DNA from: Candidatus Binatus soli
GTDB taxonomy: Bacteria > Desulfobacterota > Binatia > Binatales > Binataceae
Direction of reading: 5' to 3'
Length of the DNA: 64,000 bases
Assembly (NCBI GenBank): GCA_002479255.1
Contig: DLMJ01000021.1
Span: 68,943-132,942 of the forward strand
Shown: positions 1 to 9,273 of the stretch, piece after piece
Layout of the letters: each line of letters opens with the position of its first letter
How positions within the stretch are numbered: position 1 is the stretch's first letter
The notes under the pieces: model-generated
The model's input: only the letters and a program-made list of their open reading frames with translations
The model's database searches: none
Told to the model about the DNA's origin: nothing
Translations under genes and position numbers: made by a program

Positions 1-1
1 C

Positions 2-298
2 GACACGCTCAAGTTGACGACGGCCATCAGTAATTCGGGTGGAATGAAACAGGCGGACGACTTTAAAGTCCACAAAGGCAAGAAGGCCGGCACTTGCACG
101 ACGAATCCTAAACTAAGTGGCAGCCGTTCCTGCGCCTATAAGATTACCTTTGAGCCTAAAGGTGAGGGCTCCGAGGCCATGCAAGCGCAATTGACGATCA
201 CCGGAAAGTTCATCTCCAACGGAAAGACTTGCAAGCAAACCGTCTCAGTGACTTTGGCCGGCGCTTCAGTGCCGCCGGCGGAGACGGGGCGGCCCTAA
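2..298 (+). CDS. C-terminal part of a probable surface protein with an Ig-like (ASH/choice-of-anchor D type) domain; 5' end lies outside the window
   Basis: Frame is open back to the window start; pattern C...C.YKITFEP...G...LTITG...VTLAG resembles ASH-type Ig domains. Confidence 0.5.
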   Translation, partial: DTLKLTTAISNSGGMKQADDFKVHKGKKAGTCTTNPKLSGSRSCAYKITFEPKGEGSEAMQAQLTITGKFISNGKTCKQTVSVTLAGASVPPAETGRP

Positions 299-308
299 TG
301 GTAAAATT

Positions 309-337
309 CGGCGTGGCGCGAACCGCGCGCCACGCCG
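309..337. terminator. GC-rich hairpin between convergent genes
   Basis: CGGCGTGGCGCG-aaccg-CGCGCCACGCCG, a perfect 12-bp stem. Confidence 0.45.
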
Positions 338-422
338 CGATTAGGAGAACCGGGCAAGAAGTCGCTCGGAACGCAACATCCTAACTCGGGCGAGATAAGG
401 GCGAACCCTTCCCCCATCACCC

Positions 423-532
423 TTCTAACAGGGACGCCGTGGCGACGGCAGCGCAGTATTAAGCCGTTGGAAGGGGCCGCGCCCGCCAACGGCGGGCGCG
501 GCCTTAACGTCGGGTGCAGGGCTCAGCCCTGC
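423..532 (+). repeat. Family A multi-hairpin dispersed repeat (diverged copy)
   Basis: Shares TTCTAACAGG, GCCGT-N4-ACGGC..CAGTATTAAG, GCGCGGCCTTAAC and GGGTGCAGGG(c)TCA(g)CCCTGC modules with the copies at 35.7, 37.3 and 39.8 kb. Confidence 0.75.
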
Positions 533-2502
533 TCACCCCTGCCTGCCGGCGCAGGAGTGCGGATCAATCCATAAGCCGTCACCGCGAAGAAGACCGCCAG
601 GTTGATCGAAGCAGCCGCGATCAGCGCGGCGTTCGGATGGTCGGGAAAATATGACGAGGTGTCGCTGAGATGCTTGATGTAGACGAGGTTGAACAGGAAC
701 GTCGCGCTTACGACGGCGAAGATCGAAGTGAGAAAGCCGCTCTCCAGCGCGATCGGAATCAGAAATACGATCGGGTAGTACAGATATCGCTCATGCATCC
801 GGGGCGCGAACATGAAGAATCCGAATAGCGCGACGAAAATCGCGAGCATCGCGCCGCCGGCGGACCGCGCGCGCCAGATCAGATACGACGCGATCAGGTA
901 AACGGCGCACGTCAGCGAAAGGCCGAACGCGCTGTACGAAACACCGCCGAAGATTTTGTCCGTGTCGGGCGTGTTCATCCCGCCGATCAGCCCCATGAAA
1001 TTGAACGCGCCCACCGAAGCGTCGCTGAATCGCGTGCCGAGATCCTTATATACGTTGATTATCCAATCCCACGAATGTCCGAGTTGATACGGGATGATTC
1101 CAATCGCAGCCGTGCCGAAGAATGCGCCCGCAGACCATCCGCATTCGCCGACTCCCGCGTTGCACAGCGTCCACAGTCCCAGCGGCGGCGTGAATGCGAT
1201 CGCTTGCGGCTTGGCCAGGATCGCGATCGCGGCCGCACTCCATCCCAGCCGATAGCGGCCGGTCAGGATCAGGATCGCGGCGGCGATCATCGGCAGCGCG
1301 ACGATCGAATCGCTCTGGCCCCATACCACCGTATCGAAGATAAGCGCCGGGTTAAGCGCGAACAGCATCATTACCACGATGGCGCGCAAGCCGCGTCCGT
1401 CGCGCCACGCCGCAAAGTACAGCGTGAGACCGATGAAAAGATCGGCAATCAACGGCGGCGTCTCGACGATCACGCGGAAACCGTTTGCGGTCGGCTCGAT
1501 CAACCTGCCGATCCACCCTGAGAGCCACAGCAGGTACAGCGACCCGGGCGGATAGGCGTCAACCGGCAGACCGGGATCGTAAATTCGTGAGGGGCCCAGA
1601 ACGGTGGCCAGCAAGGCGCGATTGGTCTTCGCCCAGATGTCCCAGTAGAAGCCGGTGAAATGAAATAGCGCGGCAAACTTGACCGCGGTGATCGCGAGCA
1701 TGAGGCCGGCAGGGAGCATCCACGCCGATCGCCCGGCCGCAAGCCCCGGCCGCCAGATTACGGCGAGCGCCCATCCCAGCATCCCCAGCAGGATCAGGCC
1801 GGATACGACGCCCATCGCACGGATCGAGCCTCTCACATCGGGCTGAAGAGCCTGGTCCTTGTAATGTTGGCGAATTGCGGCGAGATCGAATTCGCGCGCG
1901 CGGCTCACCGGCGGACTCGCAACGGCGATCACTTTGATATTGCGAAATGACGCGCGGCCCGTGTCCGGGAAATCCGCCACACCGAGCTGGCAGAGCAATT
2001 CAGTCGAATCGCCCCATCGATCTTCCTTCAGAAAGAATGAGAGTTTCTGCCAGCCCGTCGTGCCGTGCAGATGTGTCGAGATGAGTTTGATTCCGTCGTA
2101 GGTGCTGACGGCTATATTCGCGCCGCCTGCATGCGGCTGCGCACCCTCCACGCTCACTTCGGCGCTGATTTCGTAAATCCCGGGCCGTAGTATCAGCGCC
2201 TGATGCCAGCTCGCATAGTTCGGATTCAGATTGGAGATTCCAAGCGCGCCGCCCTCGGCCGGCGTATAGGTCCATGAAAACTTGCTCAGCTTCCTGTCGG
2301 AAGACAGCGCGTACCAATCAGCCGGCGCGCCGTCGAAGCCGGCGGTAAGGTCGCCGTTCTTTACCAGATTAGTCTCAGCGAAGGCGCAAATTGGCTTCCA
2401 GAGCCATGATACGCACGCTGCGAGCGCCACAACCGCGATGAATCGCCACATTGCTCGATCGAATCCGATGCCGTGAGGGGCTATCGATCCCCGCGCATCC
2501 AA
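523..2502 (-). CDS. Polytopic membrane GT-C type glycosyltransferase (mannosyltransferase-like) with an N-terminal carbohydrate-binding-like domain
   Basis: YPPG..YLL, LNPALIFDTVVWGQSD, AKPQ and MHERY motifs; many TM helices; N-terminal NLVKNGD..G CBM-like domain. Confidence 0.8.
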   Translation of the reverse strand: MDARGSIAPHGIGFDRAMWRFIAVVALAACVSWLWKPICAFAETNLVKNGDLTAGFDGAPADWYALSSDRKLSKFSWTYTPAEGGALGISNLNPNYASWHQALILRPGIYEISAEVSVEGAQPHAGGANIAVSTYDGIKLISTHLHGTTGWQKLSFFLKEDRWGDSTELLCQLGVADFPDTGRASFRNIKVIAVASPPVSRAREFDLAAIRQHYKDQALQPDVRGSIRAMGVVSGLILLGMLGWALAVIWRPGLAAGRSAWMLPAGLMLAITAVKFAALFHFTGFYWDIWAKTNRALLATVLGPSRIYDPGLPVDAYPPGSLYLLWLSGWIGRLIEPTANGFRVIVETPPLIADLFIGLTLYFAAWRDGRGLRAIVVMMLFALNPALIFDTVVWGQSDSIVALPMIAAAILILTGRYRLGWSAAAIAILAKPQAIAFTPPLGLWTLCNAGVGECGWSAGAFFGTAAIGIIPYQLGHSWDWIINVYKDLGTRFSDASVGAFNFMGLIGGMNTPDTDKIFGGVSYSAFGLSLTCAVYLIASYLIWRARSAGGAMLAIFVALFGFFMFAPRMHERYLYYPIVFLIPIALESGFLTSIFAVVSATFLFNLVYIKHLSDTSSYFPDHPNAALIAAASINLAVFFAVTAYGLIRTPAPAGRGEQG

Positions 2503-2596
2503 TCAAGTCTCAATATGTATATGCAAGACCTGATGCGTTTCACGCGCCCGCCGACTAGGATGTAGCGCAGCCAGCTCGAAAACCAGGGGTACCAGG

Positions 2597-2992
2597 ATGG
2601 AAAAGAAACCACGCGGCGCGGCTCTGACGATCTTCGCGCTGCTGTTCGCAGTTCTTGCGATATCCAACTTCCTCAAACCATTTCATCTCGAGGCCAATGA
2701 GGGCTTCGTTTTCCTAGGCACCAAGCTGACCGGCACCGGCAACGCGATCATGGGTCCGCTCTTTGGGTTCCTCCTCCTGGTCTATGTATATGGCATCTGG
2801 GCGATGCGGAAGTTTGCATTACCGATCGCGTACATTTTTTTGCTCTGGGTGCTGCTCAACATGACTCTGTTCGCTGTCAAGAACCAAAGCGCGCAGCCGC
2901 TCGCTGCCAACCTTGCCGCCGCCATCGTGGGGATTGGCGTTCCGCTCGCATCGGCGATCGTTCTGCGTCGCCGCCGCGCCGATCTCACATGA
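2597..2992 (+). CDS. Small 4-TM hypothetical membrane protein (paralog 1)
   Basis: Hydrophobic 131-aa ORF; clearly similar to the next ORF. Confidence 0.8.
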   Translation: MEKKPRGAALTIFALLFAVLAISNFLKPFHLEANEGFVFLGTKLTGTGNAIMGPLFGFLLLVYVYGIWAMRKFALPIAYIFLLWVLLNMTLFAVKNQSAQPLAANLAAAIVGIGVPLASAIVLRRRRADLT

Positions 2993-3014
2993 ATCACCTA
3001 TGGAGGTATCCACG

Positions 3015-3425
3015 GTGGCGATAAAGTCGCGCGGCGCCACTCTGACGATCTTCGCGATGCTGCTCGCCCTGATGGCGATTTCCAATTTCGGCAAGCCATT
3101 CTCGGATCATCCCGGCGTCGGCTTCGTCTTCCTGGGCACGCGCCTTTCGGGCCTGCCCAACATGATTGTCGCTCGGATTTTCAGGATCACTCTCGCCGTG
3201 TACGTGTACGGAATCATGGCGATGCGCAAGTTTGCGCTGCCGATCGGGATTTTTTACGCGGCGTACGTGATCATCAACATGCCCCTGTTCATACTGAAGT
3301 ACGACGGCACCGCGGTGATGCAGGAGCACTCGTGGGCCTACCTTGTTCCCTACCCATTCGTCGCGATCGGCGTGTCGTCTGGCGCAGCAATTCTTCTTTA
3401 CCGCCGCAAAGCCGACCTCAAATGA
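3015..3425 (+). CDS. Small 4-TM hypothetical membrane protein (paralog 2)
   Basis: GGAGG at 3002-3006 precedes GTG 3015; shares RG..LTIFA, ISNF.KPF, GFVFLGT, YVYGI.AMRKFALPI and RR.ADL with paralog 1. Confidence 0.75.
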   Translation: MAIKSRGATLTIFAMLLALMAISNFGKPFSDHPGVGFVFLGTRLSGLPNMIVARIFRITLAVYVYGIMAMRKFALPIGIFYAAYVIINMPLFILKYDGTAVMQEHSWAYLVPYPFVAIGVSSGAAILLYRRKADLK

Positions 3426-3514
3426 GCGAATGCGTCTCGCGTCAGGCGATAGTTTGGCGGTAGAATCGGCGCTGGCCGCGACGGACCGGCCCCGCGGCTC
3501 CGCGAGGTGCTCAG

Positions 3515-4753
3515 ATGAAACGATCGCGCGACGGATCGATCATTGGACGACGCGAATTCCTGAAACGGGGCGTGCTTGCCGGCGTGGGCGTATCAATCCT
3601 GCCGCTGGCCGGCGTCGCCAGCGCATCGGTCGAGGCGGCTGCGCACGTTCGCCGTTACTCGACGCTTGGCCGCACCGGTCTCAAGATTTCTGACATCTCA
3701 TTCGGCGCCAGCCGCCTGACCGCCGGAAAGGAAGACCTGGTCCGTCACGCATTTGATTGCGGGATCAACTACTTTGACTCGGCCGATACGTACACCGACG
3801 GCGAATCGGAAACTACGATAGGCAACGCGCTCAAGGGCAAGCGCGACAAGGTATTCCTGACCTCGAAGACGATGGCGCGCGCGGACGACAGCCGCGGTTC
3901 GATGATGACCGCGCTCGAAACAAGTCTGCGCCGCCTGCAGACCGATCACATCGACGTGTACTTCAACCATGCGGTCAACGATCCGGCGCGGCTGAAAAAT
4001 CCCGAGTGGCACGAATTCGTCTCCCAGGCGCGCAGCCAGGGCAAGATTCGGTTCACCGGGATGTCGGGCCACGCGGGGAATCTCGCCGAATGCCTCGACT
4101 ACGCGATCGACAGCGGCCTCTGCGACGTAATCCTGTGCGCGCACAATTTCGGCCAGGACCCGCGCTTCTACCAGCGCTTCACGCGGAACTTCGATTTCGT
4201 CGCGATTCAGCCCGAGTTGCCGCGCCTGATGGAAAAGGCCAACCGCCACGGCGTCGGCGTGGTTGTGATGAAGACCCTGATGGGCGCGCGCCTGAACGAT
4301 ATGCGCCCGTATGAATCCGGCGGCGCCACCTTCTCGCAGGCGGCGTTTCGATGGGTATTGTCGAATCCCAACGTGGACGCGCTGATCGTCTCGATGACGA
4401 GCCTGCCGCTCATCGACGAATACCTGGGCGCGTCGGGAGCGCGCGCAACTGCCGCGGATGACCTGCGGCTGTTGAATCGCTACGCGAGTCTCAACGGTGA
4501 TTCGCAGTGCCGTCCCGCGTGCAACGAGTGCGCGAATGCATGTCCCTACGGCGTGCCGATCGCCGACGTGATGCGCACGCGGATGTACGCCCGAGACTAC
4601 GGCGATATCCGCCTTGCGCGGAGCGAATACGCGATGCTCTCTGAGAACGCCGCAGCGTGTCTCAGTTGCGATGCGAAGCCGTGCGCAGGAGCGTGTCCGC
4701 ATGGGATCGCGACCGAAGTGTTGCTGGCGCCGACGCATCGCATGCTCGCATAG
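3515..4753 (+). CDS. Tat-signal aldo/keto reductase with a C-terminal Fe-S cluster domain
   Basis: GRREFLK twin-arginine motif; LGRTGLKIS, GINYFDSA..Y and SLRRLQTDHID; C-terminal Cys clusters C..C..C...CP. Confidence 0.85.
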   Translation: MKRSRDGSIIGRREFLKRGVLAGVGVSILPLAGVASASVEAAAHVRRYSTLGRTGLKISDISFGASRLTAGKEDLVRHAFDCGINYFDSADTYTDGESETTIGNALKGKRDKVFLTSKTMARADDSRGSMMTALETSLRRLQTDHIDVYFNHAVNDPARLKNPEWHEFVSQARSQGKIRFTGMSGHAGNLAECLDYAIDSGLCDVILCAHNFGQDPRFYQRFTRNFDFVAIQPELPRLMEKANRHGVGVVVMKTLMGARLNDMRPYESGGATFSQAAFRWVLSNPNVDALIVSMTSLPLIDEYLGASGARATAADDLRLLNRYASLNGDSQCRPACNECANACPYGVPIADVMRTRMYARDYGDIRLARSEYAMLSENAAACLSCDAKPCAGACPHGIATEVLLAPTHRMLA

Positions 4754-4797
4754 CCGCTCAACGGACTCTCAAATGCTTTCGACGCACGAATGCCGCG

Positions 4798-5004
4798 CTA
4801 GCCTTTCTGAATCATGACCTCCGTGGCCTTGATGACGGCGGCCACCTTGTCGCCCTTCTTCAGGTGAAGTTCTTCCGCGCTCTTCCTGGTAATAACGGAC
4901 TCGATGATATTGTCGCCAACCTTGACAGTGATGAGCGCGGTAACGGTCCCAAGAACTACCTCGGTAATTTCGCCCTTTAGATGGTTGCGAGCGCTGAGTG
5001 CCAT
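4798..5004 (-). CDS. mop: TOBE/Mop molybdate-tungstate binding protein (molbindin)
   Basis: MALSARNHLKG..SVIT..SAEELHLK.GD.V.AVIKATEV; GAGGAG RBS upstream. Confidence 0.9.
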   Translation of the reverse strand: MALSARNHLKGEITEVVLGTVTALITVKVGDNIIESVITRKSAEELHLKKGDKVAAVIKATEVMIQKG

Positions 5005-5139
5005 AGAAATTTTCTCCTCACGTGACTTTTGGCCCCTGCCAATGTGAGCATGGGGCCTCGATGCGTTTGTCGGCCGGAGCCGGACTCTATCGCCGGCGCT
5101 CAATCACTGCAAATCGCTCGCCAATCCGGACGCCGCATT

Positions 5140-6033
5140 TCAGAACGGAATCCGCGCGGTCAGAATGAGGTTGTGGTTGTATTTCTCATGATACGTCGCC
5201 GCGACCTGGTAGCTCGCGCCGAACGTCAGGCCGACGCGGTCGTGAATCGGAATCCGTCCGATCAAAATCCCAGGCGTGAGGTAGAGCGTGCTGTGCCCGG
5301 TGTCGCCGCCGTACGACTGCCAGGTGTAGTTGGTTTCAAACTCCGGCCAGAAATATTTGAAGAGGCGATACTGGAAGGTGGTATTCCAGGCCACCGGCAT
5401 CCCCAGCCGGTCCAGAGTGGCGTGACCGCCGGCGGCGAAGGTGACGCCGAGCGTCGATTGGACATCGAAGTCGCCGAAGCCTTTGCCGGCCGCCAGCGTC
5501 GGCGTGAAGAGCCCGTGCCCGTTGCCGTTGACGTTCGAGCCGGTCGGCACGCTGAACCCCATGAAGGCGGTGACGATGTAGTTGTCGTGCTCCTCGTTGG
5601 AGGAGAGCAGCCGCACCTTGACCAGAAACGGCCAGTCGCCGAAGCCGTCGGTGTTCTTCGGCGTGTTGCGGTTCAGGTACGGCGGGATCCCGACTATGAT
5701 TTCAGTAGCTTGAAACGGGATGAGCTCCAGTCCCTTGCCGTTGCCGAAGTTGTTAGTCGCGACGCCGTTTTTCGACGACTCGAATAACTGGTCGTAGCGC
5801 ACCTCCTCTTCGAGCCGCGGGGTAACGGTCACCAGCGGGGTTACCCAGTGGGGCTGCTCGTTCTGGATTTCAGTGACACGTGGAAACCAGTTTATGAAGT
5901 AGTCCGCTATCGCAGACCCAAACGACGAGCTACTTTGTGCTCGGCACGGCGTCGCCGCGGTGAGCGCGACGGCCACAACGATTATTGCACAGACCGCACG
6001 CGGCAGGGTGAACCAGGTTGCAAGGTTTTTCAT
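5140..6033 (-). CDS. Outer-membrane beta-barrel protein (transporter / MetA-pathway-like family)
   Basis: Signal peptide, DGFGD motif, amphipathic strands, terminal Phe (ARIPF). Confidence 0.7.
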   Translation of the reverse strand: MKNLATWFTLPRAVCAIIVVAVALTAATPCRAQSSSSFGSAIADYFINWFPRVTEIQNEQPHWVTPLVTVTPRLEEEVRYDQLFESSKNGVATNNFGNGKGLELIPFQATEIIVGIPPYLNRNTPKNTDGFGDWPFLVKVRLLSSNEEHDNYIVTAFMGFSVPTGSNVNGNGHGLFTPTLAAGKGFGDFDVQSTLGVTFAAGGHATLDRLGMPVAWNTTFQYRLFKYFWPEFETNYTWQSYGGDTGHSTLYLTPGILIGRIPIHDRVGLTFGASYQVAATYHEKYNHNLILTARIPF

Positions 6034-6075
6034 AGTCCGGTTTTATGCCATATTAAGAGCGAATTGACAAGTATC

Positions 6076-7215
6076 ATGGCATCGATTGGCAAGGCTCTGG
6101 CGCGCGCGCGAATGGCGCGGGATCTCACGCAGACCGAACTGGCGAGGCGCGCGGGAATCTCGCGGCAGGCGTTGGGCGCGATCGAGGCGGGCGCCTATCA
6201 TCCGGGTGTCGCAATCGCGATTCGCCTTGCGCGCGAGCTCGGCGCAAGCGTGGAATCGCTGTTCGGCGAAATCGACGATGAGACCTCAACGCTCGTCGAC
6301 GCCACCTGGTTCGACGACCAGCGACGCCCCCCTGCCCGCTCGCAATCCCGTGTCGCGCTCGCGCGCGTGGGCGGAAGAGTCGTGGCCGTGGCGCAACCTG
6401 CCACGCATCTCACGCTCGTGCCCGCGGCTGGCGTGTTGCAGCGTGCGAGGCGACATCGCGCCGACGTCGCCACGTTTCAACTGCCGGATGAAATTGACTC
6501 GACACTCCTGATGGCCGGATGCGATCCGGCGGTCGCGATTCTGGTGGACTGGCTCGCGCGCCGGCGGTCGCCGGTCCACGCGGTGGCCCTTTCCTGCTCG
6601 AGTCGCGAAGCTTTGCGGGCAGTAGTCAATGGCCGCGCGCACGTGGCCGGCGTGCATCTCCGGGATCAAAAGAGCGGCGAGTACAACCTGGCGCCGATCA
6701 GCCGCGCTTTGGGCCATCGCCGTTCGATAGTCGTGAACTTTGCCCGGTGGGAATTGGGGCTTGCGACGGCGCCCGGCAACCCGCTGGCGATCCGCGGGTT
6801 CGCCGACCTGGAGAGACCCGGTCTCAGAATCGTGAACCGCGAAGATGGCTCGGGAGCGCGCTCAGCTCTCGACCAGGCGCTTGGCGAGCTCGGCCTCCAG
6901 CCAGAGCGCATCGCAGGATACCAATTCGAAGTCGGCGGCCATCTCGAAGTCGCAGCTGCAATCGCGGCGGGACTGGCGGACGCCGGAGTCACTATCAGAC
7001 TGGGGGCAAATGCCTACGGACTGCATTTTCTTCCGCATCGAGACGAGCGCTACGACCTCGTGATCATGCAGCGAGAGGCCGAATCGACGCCGATTAAGGC
7101 GATGCTCGACGCTCTGAATTCGCGGCGCTTTGCGAACGAAATCAGCCAGTTATGCGCGTACGACACCGCGCAGATGGGACAGATTATCCGCGCTCGCTCC
7201 GCTCCCGAGCTGTGA
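6076..7215 (+). CDS. XRE-HTH regulator fused to a molybdate-type PBP substrate-binding domain
   Basis: LTQTELARRAGISRQALGAIE HTH; AGCDPA, AHVAGVHL, VNREDGSGAR and ERYDLV are typical of the PBP domain in MoeA/ModE-associated proteins. Confidence 0.85.
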   Translation: MASIGKALARARMARDLTQTELARRAGISRQALGAIEAGAYHPGVAIAIRLARELGASVESLFGEIDDETSTLVDATWFDDQRRPPARSQSRVALARVGGRVVAVAQPATHLTLVPAAGVLQRARRHRADVATFQLPDEIDSTLLMAGCDPAVAILVDWLARRRSPVHAVALSCSSREALRAVVNGRAHVAGVHLRDQKSGEYNLAPISRALGHRRSIVVNFARWELGLATAPGNPLAIRGFADLERPGLRIVNREDGSGARSALDQALGELGLQPERIAGYQFEVGGHLEVAAAIAAGLADAGVTIRLGANAYGLHFLPHRDERYDLVIMQREAESTPIKAMLDALNSRRFANEISQLCAYDTAQMGQIIRARSAPEL

Positions 7216-7262
7216 ATTTCCGCTAATCTTTGACGCCTTGCGGCGTTAAATTTCGCGCGTCC

Positions 7263-7289
7263 GTAACAATCGACTCATCATGTCGTAAC
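7263..7289 (+). promoter_or_regulatory. Putative OmpR/PhoB-type (pho box-like) direct repeats
   Basis: GTAAC (7263), CTCAT (7274) and GTAAC (7285) at 11-bp periodicity upstream of a porin. Confidence 0.4.
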
Positions 7290-7438
7290 GTCACCTCTTT
7301 AGTTTGCGCCTGCCGCGGAGGATGGACGCCGGTTTCCTGTACTGAATGGGGGCCTTTGGCGTCCTAAGGTTCTCGCCGTAACCGGTTCGGGCCGGCGGGA
7401 GTTTTCGCATCGTGGAATAGGAGAGTCCAGGGAGGACG

Positions 7439-9175
7439 ATGATGAGACAAACGATACGAATGGTTGCGCTATCGATGTTTGGCGCGGCGTTGACGCTCGG
7501 CGCCGTCGCGATCACACCGATGCCGGCGCGGAGCGCGGATGGACAGACGATCACGCTGTACACCGATCCAGGCACAGGGCAGGTGTACACCAAGCGATGC
7601 AAGCACTGCGTCAAGCTCGGCGAGTACATCCCCGCCGGATCGACCGAAGAGATCGAGCGCAAGGTCGAGCGGCGAGTCACCCAGCAGACGCAGGCGCAAC
7701 TGGATCAGGAACGCGCCGCTATGCAGGCTGACCAAGCCGCCAAACAGGCGCAGCAGCAGCAGTGGAACGCCGAGATGGCCAAGCAGGTCTCCGAGATTCA
7801 GCCGTTCGCGCGCGAGTTCGGCGACCGGTGGTTCAAGAAGATCTCGATCGGCACGCTGGTGTATGGATATTACGGCTTTTGGTCGCACACCGGGTTCGGT
7901 CCACAGTTCATGGACGCCAACCAGCAGTGGCCTGGCCCAGGGAACAGTACCTTCAACGAATTTGCCATCAACCGTACCTATATAGACCTCAAGTTCACGC
8001 CGGTTGACGACGTTTCGATGCGTATTACGCCCGATATGTACGCGATGGTTAACACTGGCGCCAAATGCACGGCGACCTCGCCAGTTAAGTGCACCGCGAG
8101 CAGCGGCGACACGGTCGGCCAAAACAGCGGATGGGCCCAGACCAATGATGGAAACCTCGGACTTCGTTTGAAGTACGCGTATCTCGACTACAACACCTTC
8201 TTCGAAAAAGTGTTGAAAGTCCCTGCGATGCGCGATGACCAATTCACCTTCGGCCAGCAGCCGAATCCGCTCGTCGATTGGGAAGAGCATCTCTGGGGCT
8301 TCCGCTATACCGCCCTGACGCCGTGGAACTATACGAGCATAAGCTCGGCACAGGTCGGCGCTTCGATGAAGGGGCCGATCAAAGTTAACGAGATTCAATA
8401 CGCCGACTACGACGTCGGCGTGTACGACGATGCCAGCTTCCATGCCCTCGAGCAGAGCGCAACCAAGCAGGTGATGGGTCGCGTGACGATCAATCCGTTC
8501 GGCGCCAAGTCACGGTACGACAGCTTTGGTCTCACCGGCTTCTACGATTTCGGCTACAAAAACTCGTGCACGCCAGACGATAATTCCATTACACCAAACA
8601 ACAGCGCGTGCGCGCATATCGCGCGCGCCGCGGCGCTGGCGCACTACACAGCCGATACCTGGGGCCTCATCGGCGAGTGGGATTACGGTCACAATGCGTT
8701 CAGCAGCAGCAACCTGTTCTCTGGCAGCGGGCCTTCCGACGCAATCGGTGTCACGAGCCCTTATGGAACGGCGCCGAGCACCGGACCGTGCAAGGTTAAA
8801 GGCAGTTGTGGCAGCTGGTACGGTATGGTCGGCGATATTCTGAACACTCAGGCGGTCCAGATGGGTTGGGATTTCCTGGGTCACTACGATATCCCGCACA
8901 CGCCGTTTACGGCCTTCGGCCTGTTCCAACAGTTTCTGCCCAACACGCGCGTACAGAAGGACCCGCTCGACTTCCAGCGCTATGACCTGGGCGTGCAGTG
9001 GCTTATCAACAAGTACCTGCGCGTGTCGTTGGACTCACAGGCCATCATGTACTACCAGCACCAGTTCACGTACCCCGAACTCGTGGCAAAGGGCCAGGCG
9101 ACGCAGCCCGCGGTGCCGTACGCGGTGCCGCGCGACACCCACGCATTCTTCCTGCACATGGAGTTCAGATATTAG
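7439..9175 (+). CDS. Outer-membrane porin (OprO/OprP-like architecture) with an N-terminal coiled coil
   Basis: Signal peptide, Gln/Ala coiled coil, F.INRTYI and LRLKYAYLDY strands, C-terminal MEFRY; GGGAGG RBS. Confidence 0.7.
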   Translation: MMRQTIRMVALSMFGAALTLGAVAITPMPARSADGQTITLYTDPGTGQVYTKRCKHCVKLGEYIPAGSTEEIERKVERRVTQQTQAQLDQERAAMQADQAAKQAQQQQWNAEMAKQVSEIQPFAREFGDRWFKKISIGTLVYGYYGFWSHTGFGPQFMDANQQWPGPGNSTFNEFAINRTYIDLKFTPVDDVSMRITPDMYAMVNTGAKCTATSPVKCTASSGDTVGQNSGWAQTNDGNLGLRLKYAYLDYNTFFEKVLKVPAMRDDQFTFGQQPNPLVDWEEHLWGFRYTALTPWNYTSISSAQVGASMKGPIKVNEIQYADYDVGVYDDASFHALEQSATKQVMGRVTINPFGAKSRYDSFGLTGFYDFGYKNSCTPDDNSITPNNSACAHIARAAALAHYTADTWGLIGEWDYGHNAFSSSNLFSGSGPSDAIGVTSPYGTAPSTGPCKVKGSCGSWYGMVGDILNTQAVQMGWDFLGHYDIPHTPFTAFGLFQQFLPNTRVQKDPLDFQRYDLGVQWLINKYLRVSLDSQAIMYYQHQFTYPELVAKGQATQPAVPYAVPRDTHAFFLHMEFRY

Positions 9176-9188
9176 CTACCAATCGGAA

Positions 9189-9225
9189 GGGCCGGCGCGA
9201 GCATGCGAAATGCTCGCGCCGGCCC
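9189..9225 (+). terminator. Intrinsic terminator-like hairpin after the porin
   Basis: GGGCCGGCGCGAGCAT-gcgaa-ATGCTCGCGCCGGCCC, 16-bp stem; weak U tract. Confidence 0.6.
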
Positions 9226-9273
9226 CCGCTTTGCACAGCGCCGTCGCCGCAGCCATTCTTGTGACTTCGAGGG

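Noticed and set aside
423..532. Integron attC-like look of family A repeats (..TAAC start, GCGCGGCCTTAA near the end)
   Set aside because: No matching GTTRRRY core at the far end, copies alternate in orientation, and no intI is present
7360..7430. Moco riboswitch (CCTAAGGTT...TGGAATAGGAG)
   Set aside because: Only short motif resemblance; I could not build the Moco multi-stem junction, so it is reported only as an unassigned structured leader
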